This document shows positions 11,283-20,532 of a DNA stretch of 64,000 bases, piece after piece. How positions within the stretch are numbered: the first letter of the stretch is position 1; every line of letters starts with the position of its first letter. The notes under the pieces were generated by a model. The model ran no database searches, was not told the origin of the DNA, and saw only the letters and a list, made by a program, of their open reading frames with translations. The position numbers were made by a program, and so were the translations under genes. Source of the stretch: Candidatus Eiseniibacteriota bacterium (lineage in GTDB: Bacteria > Eisenbacteria > RBG-16-71-46); the NCBI GenBank assembly GCA_963717505.1, contig OY970342.1:1536001-1600000 (forward strand), in the 5' to 3' direction.

Positions 11283-12787
11283 CCGACGGACCGTTGGTCG
11301 GGCGTGGCGGGCCGACCGAGCCTCTGATCCTGGTGGTCGACGACGACCGCCGTGTGCGCGAGCTGCTCGAGATCGCGTTCGGGTCGCAGGGCTACCGCGT
11401 GATCGTCGCCGCTGACGGCGACGAAGCCGTGCGGCGCGCTTCGGCCGACCAACCGGACCTGATCGTGCTCGACGTCCGGCTGCCGCGCAGGAGCGGCCTC
11501 GAAGTCTGCGACCGGCTGCGCCGGGAACCCGAGTCGGCCCTGGTGCCGATCATCATCGTGTCCGCGGCCGCCGAGGGCGAGGTGCGCCTGCAGGCGTTCC
11601 AGCGTGGCGCCGACGATTTCATGCTCAAGCCGTTCTCGCCGCGGGAGCTGCTGGCTCGCGTGCGCCGTCTGCTGGCGCGCTCGCAGGAGCTGCGTGTGGC
11701 CCGCTCGCGACTCGCCGATATCGAGCGCGAGCTGTCGCGGTCGCGTCGAGAGACCGGCCAGGCGCGCGACGCGGTCGAGTCCAGCCGCCGGCGCAACGAC
11801 TTCGCGCGCCGTCTGGGCGCGGCACTGTCGTCGAACGATCCGGATCTGCTGGCCGACGCGATCCTGCACGAAGCACGCATGGAATGCGGCGCTGCGGCCG
11901 CTGCGCTGTTCGTCCGCGATTCGCTCGAAGACGAGTTCGAGCCCTGGCGCATCCAGGGCGACACGTTCGACCGCATCGCGACCATCCGCTTCTCCGCCAC
12001 CGGCGAGTTGGCGCGCTTTCTCTCGGCGCTCGGCCGGCCGGCCGAGGTGCGCTCGCTCGCGCATGCGCGCGAGCTGGAACCCGAACTCGGACCGCTGGCC
12101 GCGGCGCGATTCCAGCTCCTGGCCCCGATCGGCAGCGCCACCGGCATTCAGGCGGTGCTCGCGGTCGAGTCGTTGCCGGCGGGACCGTCGGTGCCGTCGG
12201 CGTTGGAAGCGATCGGGGTGTTGTGCAGTGCCGCGGCTTCACCGATGGCCACCGCGCATGACGCGCGCCGTCGCGCGGCGCTGCTGCTCGAACTCGCCGG
12301 TTTTCCCACCGGTGACGATTACGAAGCCGGCGCCACGCGGCGAGCCGCGGCAGTCGTTTGGGCGGCGGCGCGAGCGGCCGGCGTGCCTCCCCGGACAGCC
12401 ACGTTGGCGCGGCTGGGCGTGCTCGCGGGACGCGGAGCGATCGAAGCCGATGGCTGGTGGGCGATCGAGCGCGCCGGCCGCTGCGACGGCACGCTGCTCA
12501 TTCCCGACCTTCGGGTTCTGCTGCGCGCGGCGTCGGCGATGGTCGAAGCGGAACTACCGATCGAATCTCTGGCGGATGCGGCCGGCGAAGCCGACCGGCA
12601 AGCCTGGCAGCCCGACGTGGCCGCCGCGGTGGTCTGGGTCGTCGCCGGCTGGCGCATCAGTGCGCACTTGCACGCGGGTGCCTCGATCGCGGAAGCGGTG
12701 CGCGGGGAACCCGGGGATCGCCCCGAGTTCCACCGCGCGTTCGAGCAGGTCGCCGCGACGCCCGAGTTCGCGGACGTCGAGCGCTAG
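11279..12787 (+). CDS. Response regulator: REC + coiled coil + GAF-like + degenerate helical output
   Basis: ILVVDDD...PDLIVLDVRLPRRSG...IIVSA...GADDFMLKPF canonical receiver; output region lacks recognisable catalytic motifs. Confidence 0.75.
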   Translation: MTDGPLVGRGGPTEPLILVVDDDRRVRELLEIAFGSQGYRVIVAADGDEAVRRASADQPDLIVLDVRLPRRSGLEVCDRLRREPESALVPIIIVSAAAEGEVRLQAFQRGADDFMLKPFSPRELLARVRRLLARSQELRVARSRLADIERELSRSRRETGQARDAVESSRRRNDFARRLGAALSSNDPDLLADAILHEARMECGAAAAALFVRDSLEDEFEPWRIQGDTFDRIATIRFSATGELARFLSALGRPAEVRSLAHARELEPELGPLAAARFQLLAPIGSATGIQAVLAVESLPAGPSVPSALEAIGVLCSAAASPMATAHDARRRAALLLELAGFPTGDDYEAGATRRAAAVVWAAARAAGVPPRTATLARLGVLAGRGAIEADGWWAIERAGRCDGTLLIPDLRVLLRAASAMVEAELPIESLADAAGEADRQAWQPDVAAAVVWVVAGWRISAHLHAGASIAEAVRGEPGDRPEFHRAFEQVAATPEFADVER

Positions 12788-12830
12788 CGAGCAGCTCAAA
12801 TCGAGCGCTAGCGTCAGTAGCAGTCCCGCG

Positions 12831-13421
12831 CTAGCGGGTCGTGTCGCGCAGGCCGCCGAAGTCGACGCTGGGTTTCTCGCGCTCCGCCTCCGGAATTTCG
12901 TAGTAGGCAGCCGCCGAGTACCCGAACATCCCTGCGAACACGTTCATCGGGAAGCGCTTGACCAGGACGTTGTACGCCTGCACTTCCTGGTTGTAGCGCA
13001 TGCGCTCCGTGGCCAGTCGATTCTCGGTGCCCGACAGCTCGTCCATGAGCTGCATGAACGCTTCGTTGCTGCGGAGCTGCGGGTAGTTCTCGATCACGAC
13101 CAGGAGTCGTGACAGCGCCGAATCCATCGCGCGGCCGGCCTCGATCCCCTCGGCAGGCGTGCGCGCTCCGGCCATCTGGGCACGAGCATTGGCGATCGTG
13201 CCAAACACTTCCTGCTCTTGAATCGCGGTGCCCTTGACGGTCTCGACCAGGCTGCCGATCAGGTCGTTCCGGCGCTTGAGTTGGTTGTCGACCTGGGCCC
13301 AGCGTTGGTCCACCGACTCCTTCGAGGTCACCAGTCGGTTGTAATTGCCGACGACACAACCGCCGACGCTGATGAGCAGGACTGCGATCACCGCGACGGT
13401 GATCAGCAAACCGCGCTTCAT
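12831..13421 (-). CDS. lemA: LemA family protein
   Basis: WAQVDNQLKRRNDLI, ENYPQLRSN, GTENRLATERMRYN, KRFP. Confidence 0.95.
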   Translation of the reverse strand: MKRGLLITVAVIAVLLISVGGCVVGNYNRLVTSKESVDQRWAQVDNQLKRRNDLIGSLVETVKGTAIQEQEVFGTIANARAQMAGARTPAEGIEAGRAMDSALSRLLVVIENYPQLRSNEAFMQLMDELSGTENRLATERMRYNQEVQAYNVLVKRFPMNVFAGMFGYSAAAYYEIPEAEREKPSVDFGGLRDTTR

Positions 13422-13524
13422 TGGGATCTCCTTTCAGGGTCCGCCGCGTTCACGATGCCGGCGACGGCGGGGAAACGTATCACGTTCGTTGCTCCGCCCC
13501 GGCCACCACTCGCCAGCGTCGCGA

Positions 13525-14373
13525 CTACCATTTGCCACCGCCGCCACCGCCACCGCTCCCCCCCCCGCCAAAGCCACCGAACGAGCCACCGCCCCCACCG
13601 CCACGCCCACCGCCAAAGCCGCCGCCCAGCCCGCCGCCAAAGCCGCCACCCCAGCCGCCCCAATCGTTCCAGTTGCTGCCGCCGAACCAACCCCGTCGCC
13701 GGCGCCGGCGCCCGGCGCCAGCGACCATGAAGATGATGACGACCAGGACGATGAAGATGATCAGCGCCACCGGCGGCCGCTCGTCGCTTCCCCCGCGATA
13801 GCGAAGCTCGCGACCGTCCCACTCGAGCGTCACGCCTTTTTCGGATGCGATCCGGGCCGCGCACTGCTGAGTCCCGGCGATGATGCCGCCGGCGAAGTCG
13901 CCGTTCTGGAAACGCGGCGCCATCTCGCGGCGGAAGATCCGCGACTGGAGGCCGTCGGGCAGCGTGCCCTCGAGTCCGTAGCCGGTCTCGAACCTCAGTT
14001 CGCGCTCCTCGCGGGCGAACAGCATGAGGAGGCCGTTGTCCTCGCCGCGCTTGCCGATCCCCCACTTCTGGAAGACGCGCACTTTGTAGGTGTCTGGCGT
14101 CTCGGGCGCGGTGGTGGTCACCGTCAGGATCGCGAACTCGGCGCCGGTCTTCTTCTCCAACTGATCCAGGAAGGCCTCGAGCTGCGCCTCGGCCTGCTCA
14201 TCGAGCACGTCGGCGTGATCGTTGACGTAGCCAACCGCGTCGGGGATCGGTTGCGGGCCCGATTCGTCCTGAGCGAATGCCGGCGCCGCCCAAGTGCCCA
14301 GGGTGAGTACCGCGACCAGATGGAGAAACGCGGCCCCGCCTGCCGAGCGGCGGCTCGCGCCGCGGGGGGTCAT
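13525..14373 (-). CDS. TPM domain (YgcG-like) membrane protein with Gly-rich tail
   Basis: YVNDHADVL, WGIGKRGEDNGLL, ETGYGLEGTLPD, C-terminal FGGFGGGGSGGGGGGGKW; start at 14373 overlaps upstream stop. Confidence 0.92.
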   Translation of the reverse strand: MTPRGASRRSAGGAAFLHLVAVLTLGTWAAPAFAQDESGPQPIPDAVGYVNDHADVLDEQAEAQLEAFLDQLEKKTGAEFAILTVTTTAPETPDTYKVRVFQKWGIGKRGEDNGLLMLFAREERELRFETGYGLEGTLPDGLQSRIFRREMAPRFQNGDFAGGIIAGTQQCAARIASEKGVTLEWDGRELRYRGGSDERPPVALIIFIVLVVIIFMVAGAGRRRRRRGWFGGSNWNDWGGWGGGFGGGLGGGFGGGRGGGGGGSFGGFGGGGSGGGGGGGKW

Positions 14374-15125
14374 GCCGTGCGCAGCTGGTCGATCGCGACG
14401 ACGAGGCGATCGAGCTGGGCGAGGAAGGCTCGGTAGATGCCGGGGATCTGGGCCGCCGGTTGGCCGCCCGCGTAACGGACCAGATGTGGGCCGAGCAAGC
14501 CCTGCGGATCGAGGCCGAACACTTCCGCGGTGCGCTCGACCACGTGCGCGGCGCTCGCCGGCACCGGCTCCTCGCGCATGCGGAGCAGCGTGCGGAACAA
14601 CGCTCCGAATCCGCTCGCGGATTCGATCAGCACCTCGCGCAGCACCTCCGGGTCGTTGTGGTGCTGAAGGTACGCCTGGCGGATCCGCACGTGCTTGCCG
14701 CGAATCTCGTGCTCGGCCTGGAGCCGCAGCGCTCCGCGCGGCACGTCGAGGCTGCCGACCAGGTCTTCGCCCTCGAGGAGCATGTGTCGCTCCTGGATCT
14801 CGAGCCATTCGATCGGGAAGGAGTCGAGCGATTTTTCGATGTTACGGTCGGTCATGAACAGCGGCTCGATGCGCACGGTCACCTTCTTGGACGCCGGGAT
14901 CGCCTTCGCCAGCCTATCGAGCACGTCGGCGCTGAGGTCGCGCGCTACTACCAGGATGTTGACCCGGGACTTGCGCGTCTCGAAGCCTTCGGTCAGCACA
15001 CTGCCGGTGAGGTAGGCGCTGGCGAAGTGCGGGCCGAGCGCATTGCGCACCGGCTCGAGCCAGGCGCGGGCGGCGGAGAGAACCTCCTGCGAGGGACGCA
15101 CGCGCAGCTCGCGGGTGGTGTTCAT
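14370..15125 (-). CDS. Nucleotidyltransferase-fold protein associated with TPM/LemA
   Basis: YLTGSV...KSRVNILVV, DSFPIEWLEI, LRLQAEHEIRGK. Confidence 0.75.
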   Translation of the reverse strand: MNTTRELRVRPSQEVLSAARAWLEPVRNALGPHFASAYLTGSVLTEGFETRKSRVNILVVARDLSADVLDRLAKAIPASKKVTVRIEPLFMTDRNIEKSLDSFPIEWLEIQERHMLLEGEDLVGSLDVPRGALRLQAEHEIRGKHVRIRQAYLQHHNDPEVLREVLIESASGFGALFRTLLRMREEPVPASAAHVVERTAEVFGLDPQGLLGPHLVRYAGGQPAAQIPGIYRAFLAQLDRLVVAIDQLRTA

Positions 15126-15133
15126 GGCCGGGG

Positions 15134-15162
15134 ACGCTAATGGCGCGGGAGAATTAGGTCAA
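15134..15162 (-). promoter_or_regulatory. sigma70-type promoter, probably leaderless, for NTase-TPM-lemA
   Basis: TTGACC (15162-15157), 17-bp spacer, TAGCGT (15139-15134), 8 nt before the ATG at 15125. Confidence 0.6.
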
Positions 15163-15240
15163 GACCCAGGTCGCGTCCCCTTGCTCGCCGAAGACCGGAG
15201 CGCGGGGCGACAACCTAGGCGGCTGAGGTCGCTCGACCGC

Positions 15241-16710
15241 CTATTCGATGAGACAGGCTCTCGTCGTTACCGAACGGTTTCCGTGAGTAAGTCGGATCAG
15301 GTAGATCCCCGGCCGCAGGCGAAACCCTGAACCGATCGATACGGTTTGGCGCCCCGCCCCGAACGGTCCCAAGACTTGGGTCTCAATCAGCCGACCCTGC
15401 ACGTCCAGCAGATCCAAACGCGCTAACCCAGGTTCCGGCAGCTGTACTGCCACGGAGAAGCGGCCGATGGCGGGATTTGGCTTCACCGAGGCACGAAGGG
15501 CCACGGCTCCGTCGATATTTGAAGGTTCATCCCGCACACCGGTGACAGATCCCAGGGTATTCAGAAATACGGCAATCGTGTTGCTAAAGGTCTGGCAGAC
15601 GACAAGGTCCGGCGACCCGTTCCCATCGAGGTCCCCAGCCCGCGCCAAGGCATAGTCGTTCGGAAATGGCAACTGAACTTCCAAGGGAGCCGCAAATGTG
15701 CAGTCACCATTGCCCAGGAGGATGAGTACCTTGCCGTCGCTCGAGACCGCCAGGTCGGGATGCTCATCGAGGTCGAAATCCGCGACCACGAGCCTGTAGG
15801 CGTAGCCGGGCAGCCAAGCTTCAGCGGGTGGGTCGAACGTGCCGTCGCCCCGGCCGCGCAATACGAAGATCGAGTTGTGATAGTAGCCAGCCGCAACGAT
15901 GTCTAGGAACCCATCGCCGTCGAAGTCTGCTGTCACCACACCAGTCTGCGCGTCCGGCGCTGTTGCAGTAGTGGGGCTTAGCGAGACGCCGTCACCAAGC
16001 ACAACGAGCAGGTCGGAAGTCCAGGTGTTCGAAGCCGCGACATCGAGAAATCCATCTCGGTTGAAGTCGCCGGGTGCCACCGTCTGAATGCTCCCGCCCC
16101 TTGAGTAGCTTGTCCAGTAGGCAAAGCCGCCGTCACCGTCGTTCGTGTAGATCCAGACGACGCCGTAGTCGCTCCCAGCAAGGACTAGGTCTGGCACTTG
16201 GTCGTTGTCGAAATCACCGCTGGCAACCCCAACGACTCGTCCCTCGATCCGATACTTCGTGTGAGAGAACCCTCCTCCCGATTGGGATAGTAGGATGGCG
16301 AGCGTGTCATGGATACAAGCGATGGCAATGTCGTCGAACGTGTCACCGTTGAGGTCTTCAGCGATGGCGCCGGCCGGGCTTTCCCCGGCCCGTACCGACC
16401 ACGCTCTCACCAATTCGCCTTCGCCAACATTGTGGAAAACGGTCGCAGAATCGACGTGCATTTGCGTGACAAGAATGTCCAAGAGGCCATCTCGGTTCGC
16501 ATCGAAGAGAGGCGAGTCCCACGGCCGCGCCGCCGTGTAGAACGAAGGCGCAAGGAACATGTCGGCCAAAACGATAGAGGGGGCGAGAACGCCGATGAAA
16601 GCAAGTGCTGCCCGAAACAGAACGCCGCCGCCCCCCAAATGACGTCGATTGCCCACGCCGGGACACCAACCTTTTGAAACCCTTGCGTGCACGTCAGATT
16701 TGTTCGGCAC
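15241..16710 (-). CDS. Secreted FG-GAP/VCBS repeat protein with T9SS-like C-terminal domain
   Basis: Seven DxxxDxxxD-type repeats; CTD KPNPA...DVQGR...PGIYLIRL. True start may be about 20-30 codons downstream. Confidence 0.85.
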   Translation of the reverse strand: MPNKSDVHARVSKGWCPGVGNRRHLGGGGVLFRAALAFIGVLAPSIVLADMFLAPSFYTAARPWDSPLFDANRDGLLDILVTQMHVDSATVFHNVGEGELVRAWSVRAGESPAGAIAEDLNGDTFDDIAIACIHDTLAILLSQSGGGFSHTKYRIEGRVVGVASGDFDNDQVPDLVLAGSDYGVVWIYTNDGDGGFAYWTSYSRGGSIQTVAPGDFNRDGFLDVAASNTWTSDLLVVLGDGVSLSPTTATAPDAQTGVVTADFDGDGFLDIVAAGYYHNSIFVLRGRGDGTFDPPAEAWLPGYAYRLVVADFDLDEHPDLAVSSDGKVLILLGNGDCTFAAPLEVQLPFPNDYALARAGDLDGNGSPDLVVCQTFSNTIAVFLNTLGSVTGVRDEPSNIDGAVALRASVKPNPAIGRFSVAVQLPEPGLARLDLLDVQGRLIETQVLGPFGAGRQTVSIGSGFRLRPGIYLIRLTHGNRSVTTRACLIE

Positions 16711-19333
16711 TGATCGTTACCTGCCAGGGAATGAGTGAGGGATTGAGGACACGATATGTGACGGTGCCGATACTGTGGACAACGAGCTGCCCCTGGGCGA
16801 AATCGGATCCGGGCGAAGGGGCAATTGCGATCGTCGACGAGCGCGCTCCCACGGAGTCGCTCCATTCGATCTTCAGCTCGACGGTCCCGGCCCCAGCTCG
16901 TGTGAGATAGGCGCTGACCCGAGCGAGTCCAGTGCCTCCGTAGACCGTGCCCGTGACATTGTCCCCCGATCCAGATGGCGTGACTCCCACAGGCAACCAG
17001 TCAACGCCGCTCCACTCCTGCAACCGCTTGGCATTCGTGTTGTAGATCATGTCCCCGGGCTTCTTGTCCCGGGCGAGGCTCACAGAGCTGTCACGCAGCG
17101 TCTCTGTGATGCCTGGAGGTGCCATTCGAGGCCCAAGGCCGGCGGTCACGACCCCGGTGGCGGGCGCGACGACGATAGCCGGTGTCGTGCTCCCGTCGCT
17201 TGTGATTATGCCGCCCGACAAGAACACCTCAGATTCCCCGACGACGTTGATGTCCTTCTTGTTGTTGTCGAGTTCGCTCACTCGATTCGCGAACAGCTCC
17301 GGTGTTTGGACCATGTGGCACGTCGGATTAACGATCGACACGCCCTTGGAATCCTTGTCCACCTTGATGAACCGTGGCAAATTACCGGTGTTCCGAACGA
17401 AGCGACAGTTGTTGATTGCGACCTCGTGGCAAGCGCCCCCCACGTTGGCGACCCCAACGAGGACAAACGGATTGGTCAGATCCGTCGAGAAGTGCTGCTC
17501 GAACCAGCACGAATCGAGAAGGACGTTGTTGCTGAAGTCGAGCGTGACGTAGGAAACAATGTCGTCCAGCTTGTCTTCGAACGTGCAACTTTGGAGGGAT
17601 AGAGACGACACACCGAAAGCATTTAGGCCGTACCCGTTGAACTGAGTGAAGGAGCAATTCTTAAAGAGGTTGCCGTTGTTGCCATGGTGTACCTCGACGA
17701 GCCCGCTTGTCCGATTGTGCTGAAAGTCGGTGCCCTCGAAGTTTCCCCATATCAGTAGCCGTTCCGCGTCGATTGGCGAGTCTTGCGTACCCCGGATAAG
17801 CAAGGCCCAACTGGCTGTGTCCACGATGCGGCAGCCGATGATCGAAACTCGTCGGAGAATGTCGGTCGGACTGCCCGGCTTGCCGATTACGACCCCTCGC
17901 CCAGCAGATCCCGGAGGGTCAGGTGGCACGAGGTACGGCCCCTTGATCGTAAGGTTCTCGATGGTCGTGTTGCTGGCCTCGATCAGGAGGATGTCTTGCT
18001 CGGGATCCTCACAAAAGATGATCGTGCGGTCACGACCGTCGCCGATTAGGTGGACCGGTTTGTTCTCGGGAATGGTGATCGTCGAAACGTTGTACGTGCC
18101 AGCCGGAGCGTAGAGCGTTCCGCCAAGACCAAATGGCAGGGCGTCGATCGCCTGCTGGATTCCGCCGAAGTCACGGACATTGAGCGTCGAAGTCGATGGT
18201 GTCGTGGCTCCGACCGCGTCAATGTGCAGCCGGACCCCGGGCCTGAGAGCCACTGCGACAATCCCCCACGGGCGCGAGGTTCCGAGCGTCCAGCTCATGG
18301 TGACAGCCGACCCGGTCCCCGGCTCCGTCGATCCCGCCCCACGGGTGGGGAACCCGCCCGAGATAGCATTCCACCGCTGAGTCTGTCCCGATCCCACCGT
18401 AGCGGTGGTCGTATTGCCGGCGCCCACGGTGTCGAATACAGCACCGTCAGCGAAGGTCGACGTTACGTTTACGTTGGGGGTGGTGGAACTCCCCGAGGCT
18501 GCCGCTGCTGTACCCATCGGCGCGAACGGATCGACGCCAGAGAACGTCACGGCGCCCCCCACGGCGGAAACTTGAGCCGGCGGGCTTGTCGAGCTGAACG
18601 TGACGACCACCGTCTGCGGTCCGGTGGGCGGATTGGCGAGACGATAGACTGCCGTCAAGCTCGCCACGCCAACGAGCGTCATCGTCTGCCCGCCGTACGT
18701 GACGGCCGCGATGCTTTCCTCGCCCGTCTGGCCCTGCCACGAAATGCCGACCAGGACAAACCTCTTTCCCAACGTGCTCGTGTCCGTGTGGGTCCATGAA
18801 AGGACATCGCCGGTTGCCAGCGTGGTGCTCGATGACGCCAGAACCAGCACCTGCTCCGACACTGTGTAGTCGAAGCGCCTGCGGTCGATGTAACCAACGA
18901 CGCGGCCATTCTCGTCCGCGATTAGGAAGTTTCCGATGGCCGTCGTGGCGCCCAGGGGGTCGGAAAAAAGCTCCGGACGATCGGAGGTCAGAATCAGTCG
19001 GTCGCCAACGCTCAGGGCGACTGACGCGCCGGTATTGTTGACCACAGTGATCTGAGTGGCTTCCGGGAAGGCCGGTGACTGCGAGACGGAGCTGATGGTC
19101 AGGGCGGGGCCGCCTGGTGTCACCTGCAGGGTGCTCCCGTCCTTCAAATCGCCGGGATCGTAGACGTCAACGGTCGTGGGCGTGGTAACTGGAATCGTGA
19201 CGGCCATGCTCACCGTGGCCCCTTGGCCGTAGAAATCCACGCGAGCACCGGCAGCGGGGACCTGGGCCCGGTCCCCGGTTGACTTGTCCTTCGTGATGAG
19301 AAGATCGAGGCGAAACAATACGGGCTTCGACAT
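16694..19333 (-). CDS. Right-handed beta-helix (pectate lyase/tailspike-like) multidomain protein
   Basis: LNVRDFG...IQQAIDAL...GGTLYAPAGTY...LIGDGRDRTII helix cap, Asn/Cys-rich rungs; no obvious signal peptide. Confidence 0.75.
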   Translation of the reverse strand: MSKPVLFRLDLLITKDKSTGDRAQVPAAGARVDFYGQGATVSMAVTIPVTTPTTVDVYDPGDLKDGSTLQVTPGGPALTISSVSQSPAFPEATQITVVNNTGASVALSVGDRLILTSDRPELFSDPLGATTAIGNFLIADENGRVVGYIDRRRFDYTVSEQVLVLASSSTTLATGDVLSWTHTDTSTLGKRFVLVGISWQGQTGEESIAAVTYGGQTMTLVGVASLTAVYRLANPPTGPQTVVVTFSSTSPPAQVSAVGGAVTFSGVDPFAPMGTAAAASGSSTTPNVNVTSTFADGAVFDTVGAGNTTTATVGSGQTQRWNAISGGFPTRGAGSTEPGTGSAVTMSWTLGTSRPWGIVAVALRPGVRLHIDAVGATTPSTSTLNVRDFGGIQQAIDALPFGLGGTLYAPAGTYNVSTITIPENKPVHLIGDGRDRTIIFCEDPEQDILLIEASNTTIENLTIKGPYLVPPDPPGSAGRGVVIGKPGSPTDILRRVSIIGCRIVDTASWALLIRGTQDSPIDAERLLIWGNFEGTDFQHNRTSGLVEVHHGNNGNLFKNCSFTQFNGYGLNAFGVSSLSLQSCTFEDKLDDIVSYVTLDFSNNVLLDSCWFEQHFSTDLTNPFVLVGVANVGGACHEVAINNCRFVRNTGNLPRFIKVDKDSKGVSIVNPTCHMVQTPELFANRVSELDNNKKDINVVGESEVFLSGGIITSDGSTTPAIVVAPATGVVTAGLGPRMAPPGITETLRDSSVSLARDKKPGDMIYNTNAKRLQEWSGVDWLPVGVTPSGSGDNVTGTVYGGTGLARVSAYLTRAGAGTVELKIEWSDSVGARSSTIAIAPSPGSDFAQGQLVVHSIGTVTYRVLNPSLIPWQVTISAEQI

Positions 19334-19460
19334 GATGCACTTCCTTCTGCTGTACAGCGTCGAGCCCTAGCGAATGGAAGTCTACGCCCACACGACCTCG
19401 TTCTCAACGGCTGAAAATCCAGTCCGCCCAACTGGGCCGGCAGCTAGCCGTTGAGGGTCC

Positions 19461-19489
19461 TTGACCCTTCTGGCGCTCACTTCTACGTT
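19461..19489 (+). promoter_or_regulatory. sigma70-type promoter of FNR-oxidoreductase operon
   Basis: TTGACC (19461-19466), 17-bp spacer, TACGTT (19484-19489). Confidence 0.6.
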
Positions 19490-19551
19490 GCCCGACTCGG
19501 GGTGCCGAGCGAGATTGGCAGCCGGGGCGAGCACGCCCCAATGGAGGCGCG

Positions 19552-20532
19552 GTGCACGAGGTGCTGATCATCGGTGGCGGGCCGTCCGGGCTCACTGCCG
19601 GCATGTACTGCCGTATGCGCAAGATGTCGGCGCTGATCGTCGACGCCGGCCGGGTCGGAGGGCAGCTCGTCTCGCTCTACGGCGACAAGCCGGTGCACGA
19701 TTGGCCCGGCTACCCGCACATCATTGCCAACGAGCTGGCCAAGACGCTCGAGGATCACGCGAACAACCTGGGCGTCGAGATGGTCGGCAACCGGAAGGTC
19801 ACCGGACTCGAACGCACCGCCGGCGGCTTCGACCTGACCGCGCGCGATGTCGTGACCGGGGTCGAGCACAAGCACCCGGGATCCTCGGTGGTGGTCGCAA
19901 TCGGCGGCGGCGCATTCGAACCGAGGAAACTCAAGGTCCCGGGCGAGGACCAGCTCGGCGAGGAAATGCTGACCTACCGCATGCCCGACCGCGCGCGGGC
20001 CGCCGGCAAGCGCGTGGTGGTGGTCGGCGGTGGCGACTCGGGGCTCGAAGCCGCCCAGTCGGCGCACGAAGCCGGCGGGCAGGTGACCATGGTCCAGGTG
20101 CTCGACCGCTTCACCGGCATGGAGACCAACATCGACCGCGTGAACCAGATGGAGATTCCGCGGCACTTCAACACCCGGGTCAAGTCGCTCGAGGTGGAAA
20201 ATGGGCGTATTCTGGGGGTCGTTGCCCAGACCAAAGGGGCCCCCGAGCCGCTGCGCCTGGACTGCGATTACCTCGTGGTCAACATCGGTGCGGCGGTCAA
20301 CCTCGACGCCGTGAAGCAATGGGGGATCGAGGTCGAAGGCAACCAGATCAAGGTGGACGGCCACATGCGGACCTCGGTCGAGGGCGTTTTTGCCTGCGGC
20401 GACATCGTGACCTACGACGGCAAGTACAAACTGCTGCTGACCGCCTCGAGCGAGGGTTGTGTCGCGGCCAATTCGGCGTATCTCTACGTGCGCAAGCCGC
20501 AGCGCCTGACCATGGGTGAACTCTACACGTGA
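19552..20532 (+). CDS. TrxB-type ferredoxin/flavodoxin-NADP+ reductase
   Basis: IIGGGPSG, GGQLVSLYGDKPVHDWPGY (YumC-like), VGGGDSG, TSVEGVFACGD; no CxxC, so not thioredoxin reductase. Confidence 0.85.
   Translation: MHEVLIIGGGPSGLTAGMYCRMRKMSALIVDAGRVGGQLVSLYGDKPVHDWPGYPHIIANELAKTLEDHANNLGVEMVGNRKVTGLERTAGGFDLTARDVVTGVEHKHPGSSVVVAIGGGAFEPRKLKVPGEDQLGEEMLTYRMPDRARAAGKRVVVVGGGDSGLEAAQSAHEAGGQVTMVQVLDRFTGMETNIDRVNQMEIPRHFNTRVKSLEVENGRILGVVAQTKGAPEPLRLDCDYLVVNIGAAVNLDAVKQWGIEVEGNQIKVDGHMRTSVEGVFACGDIVTYDGKYKLLLTASSEGCVAANSAYLYVRKPQRLTMGELYT

Noticed and set aside
13558-13566. C9 homopolymer as a phase-variation tract
   Set aside because: It encodes part of the Gly-rich tail a few codons from the stop, so slippage would have little effect.
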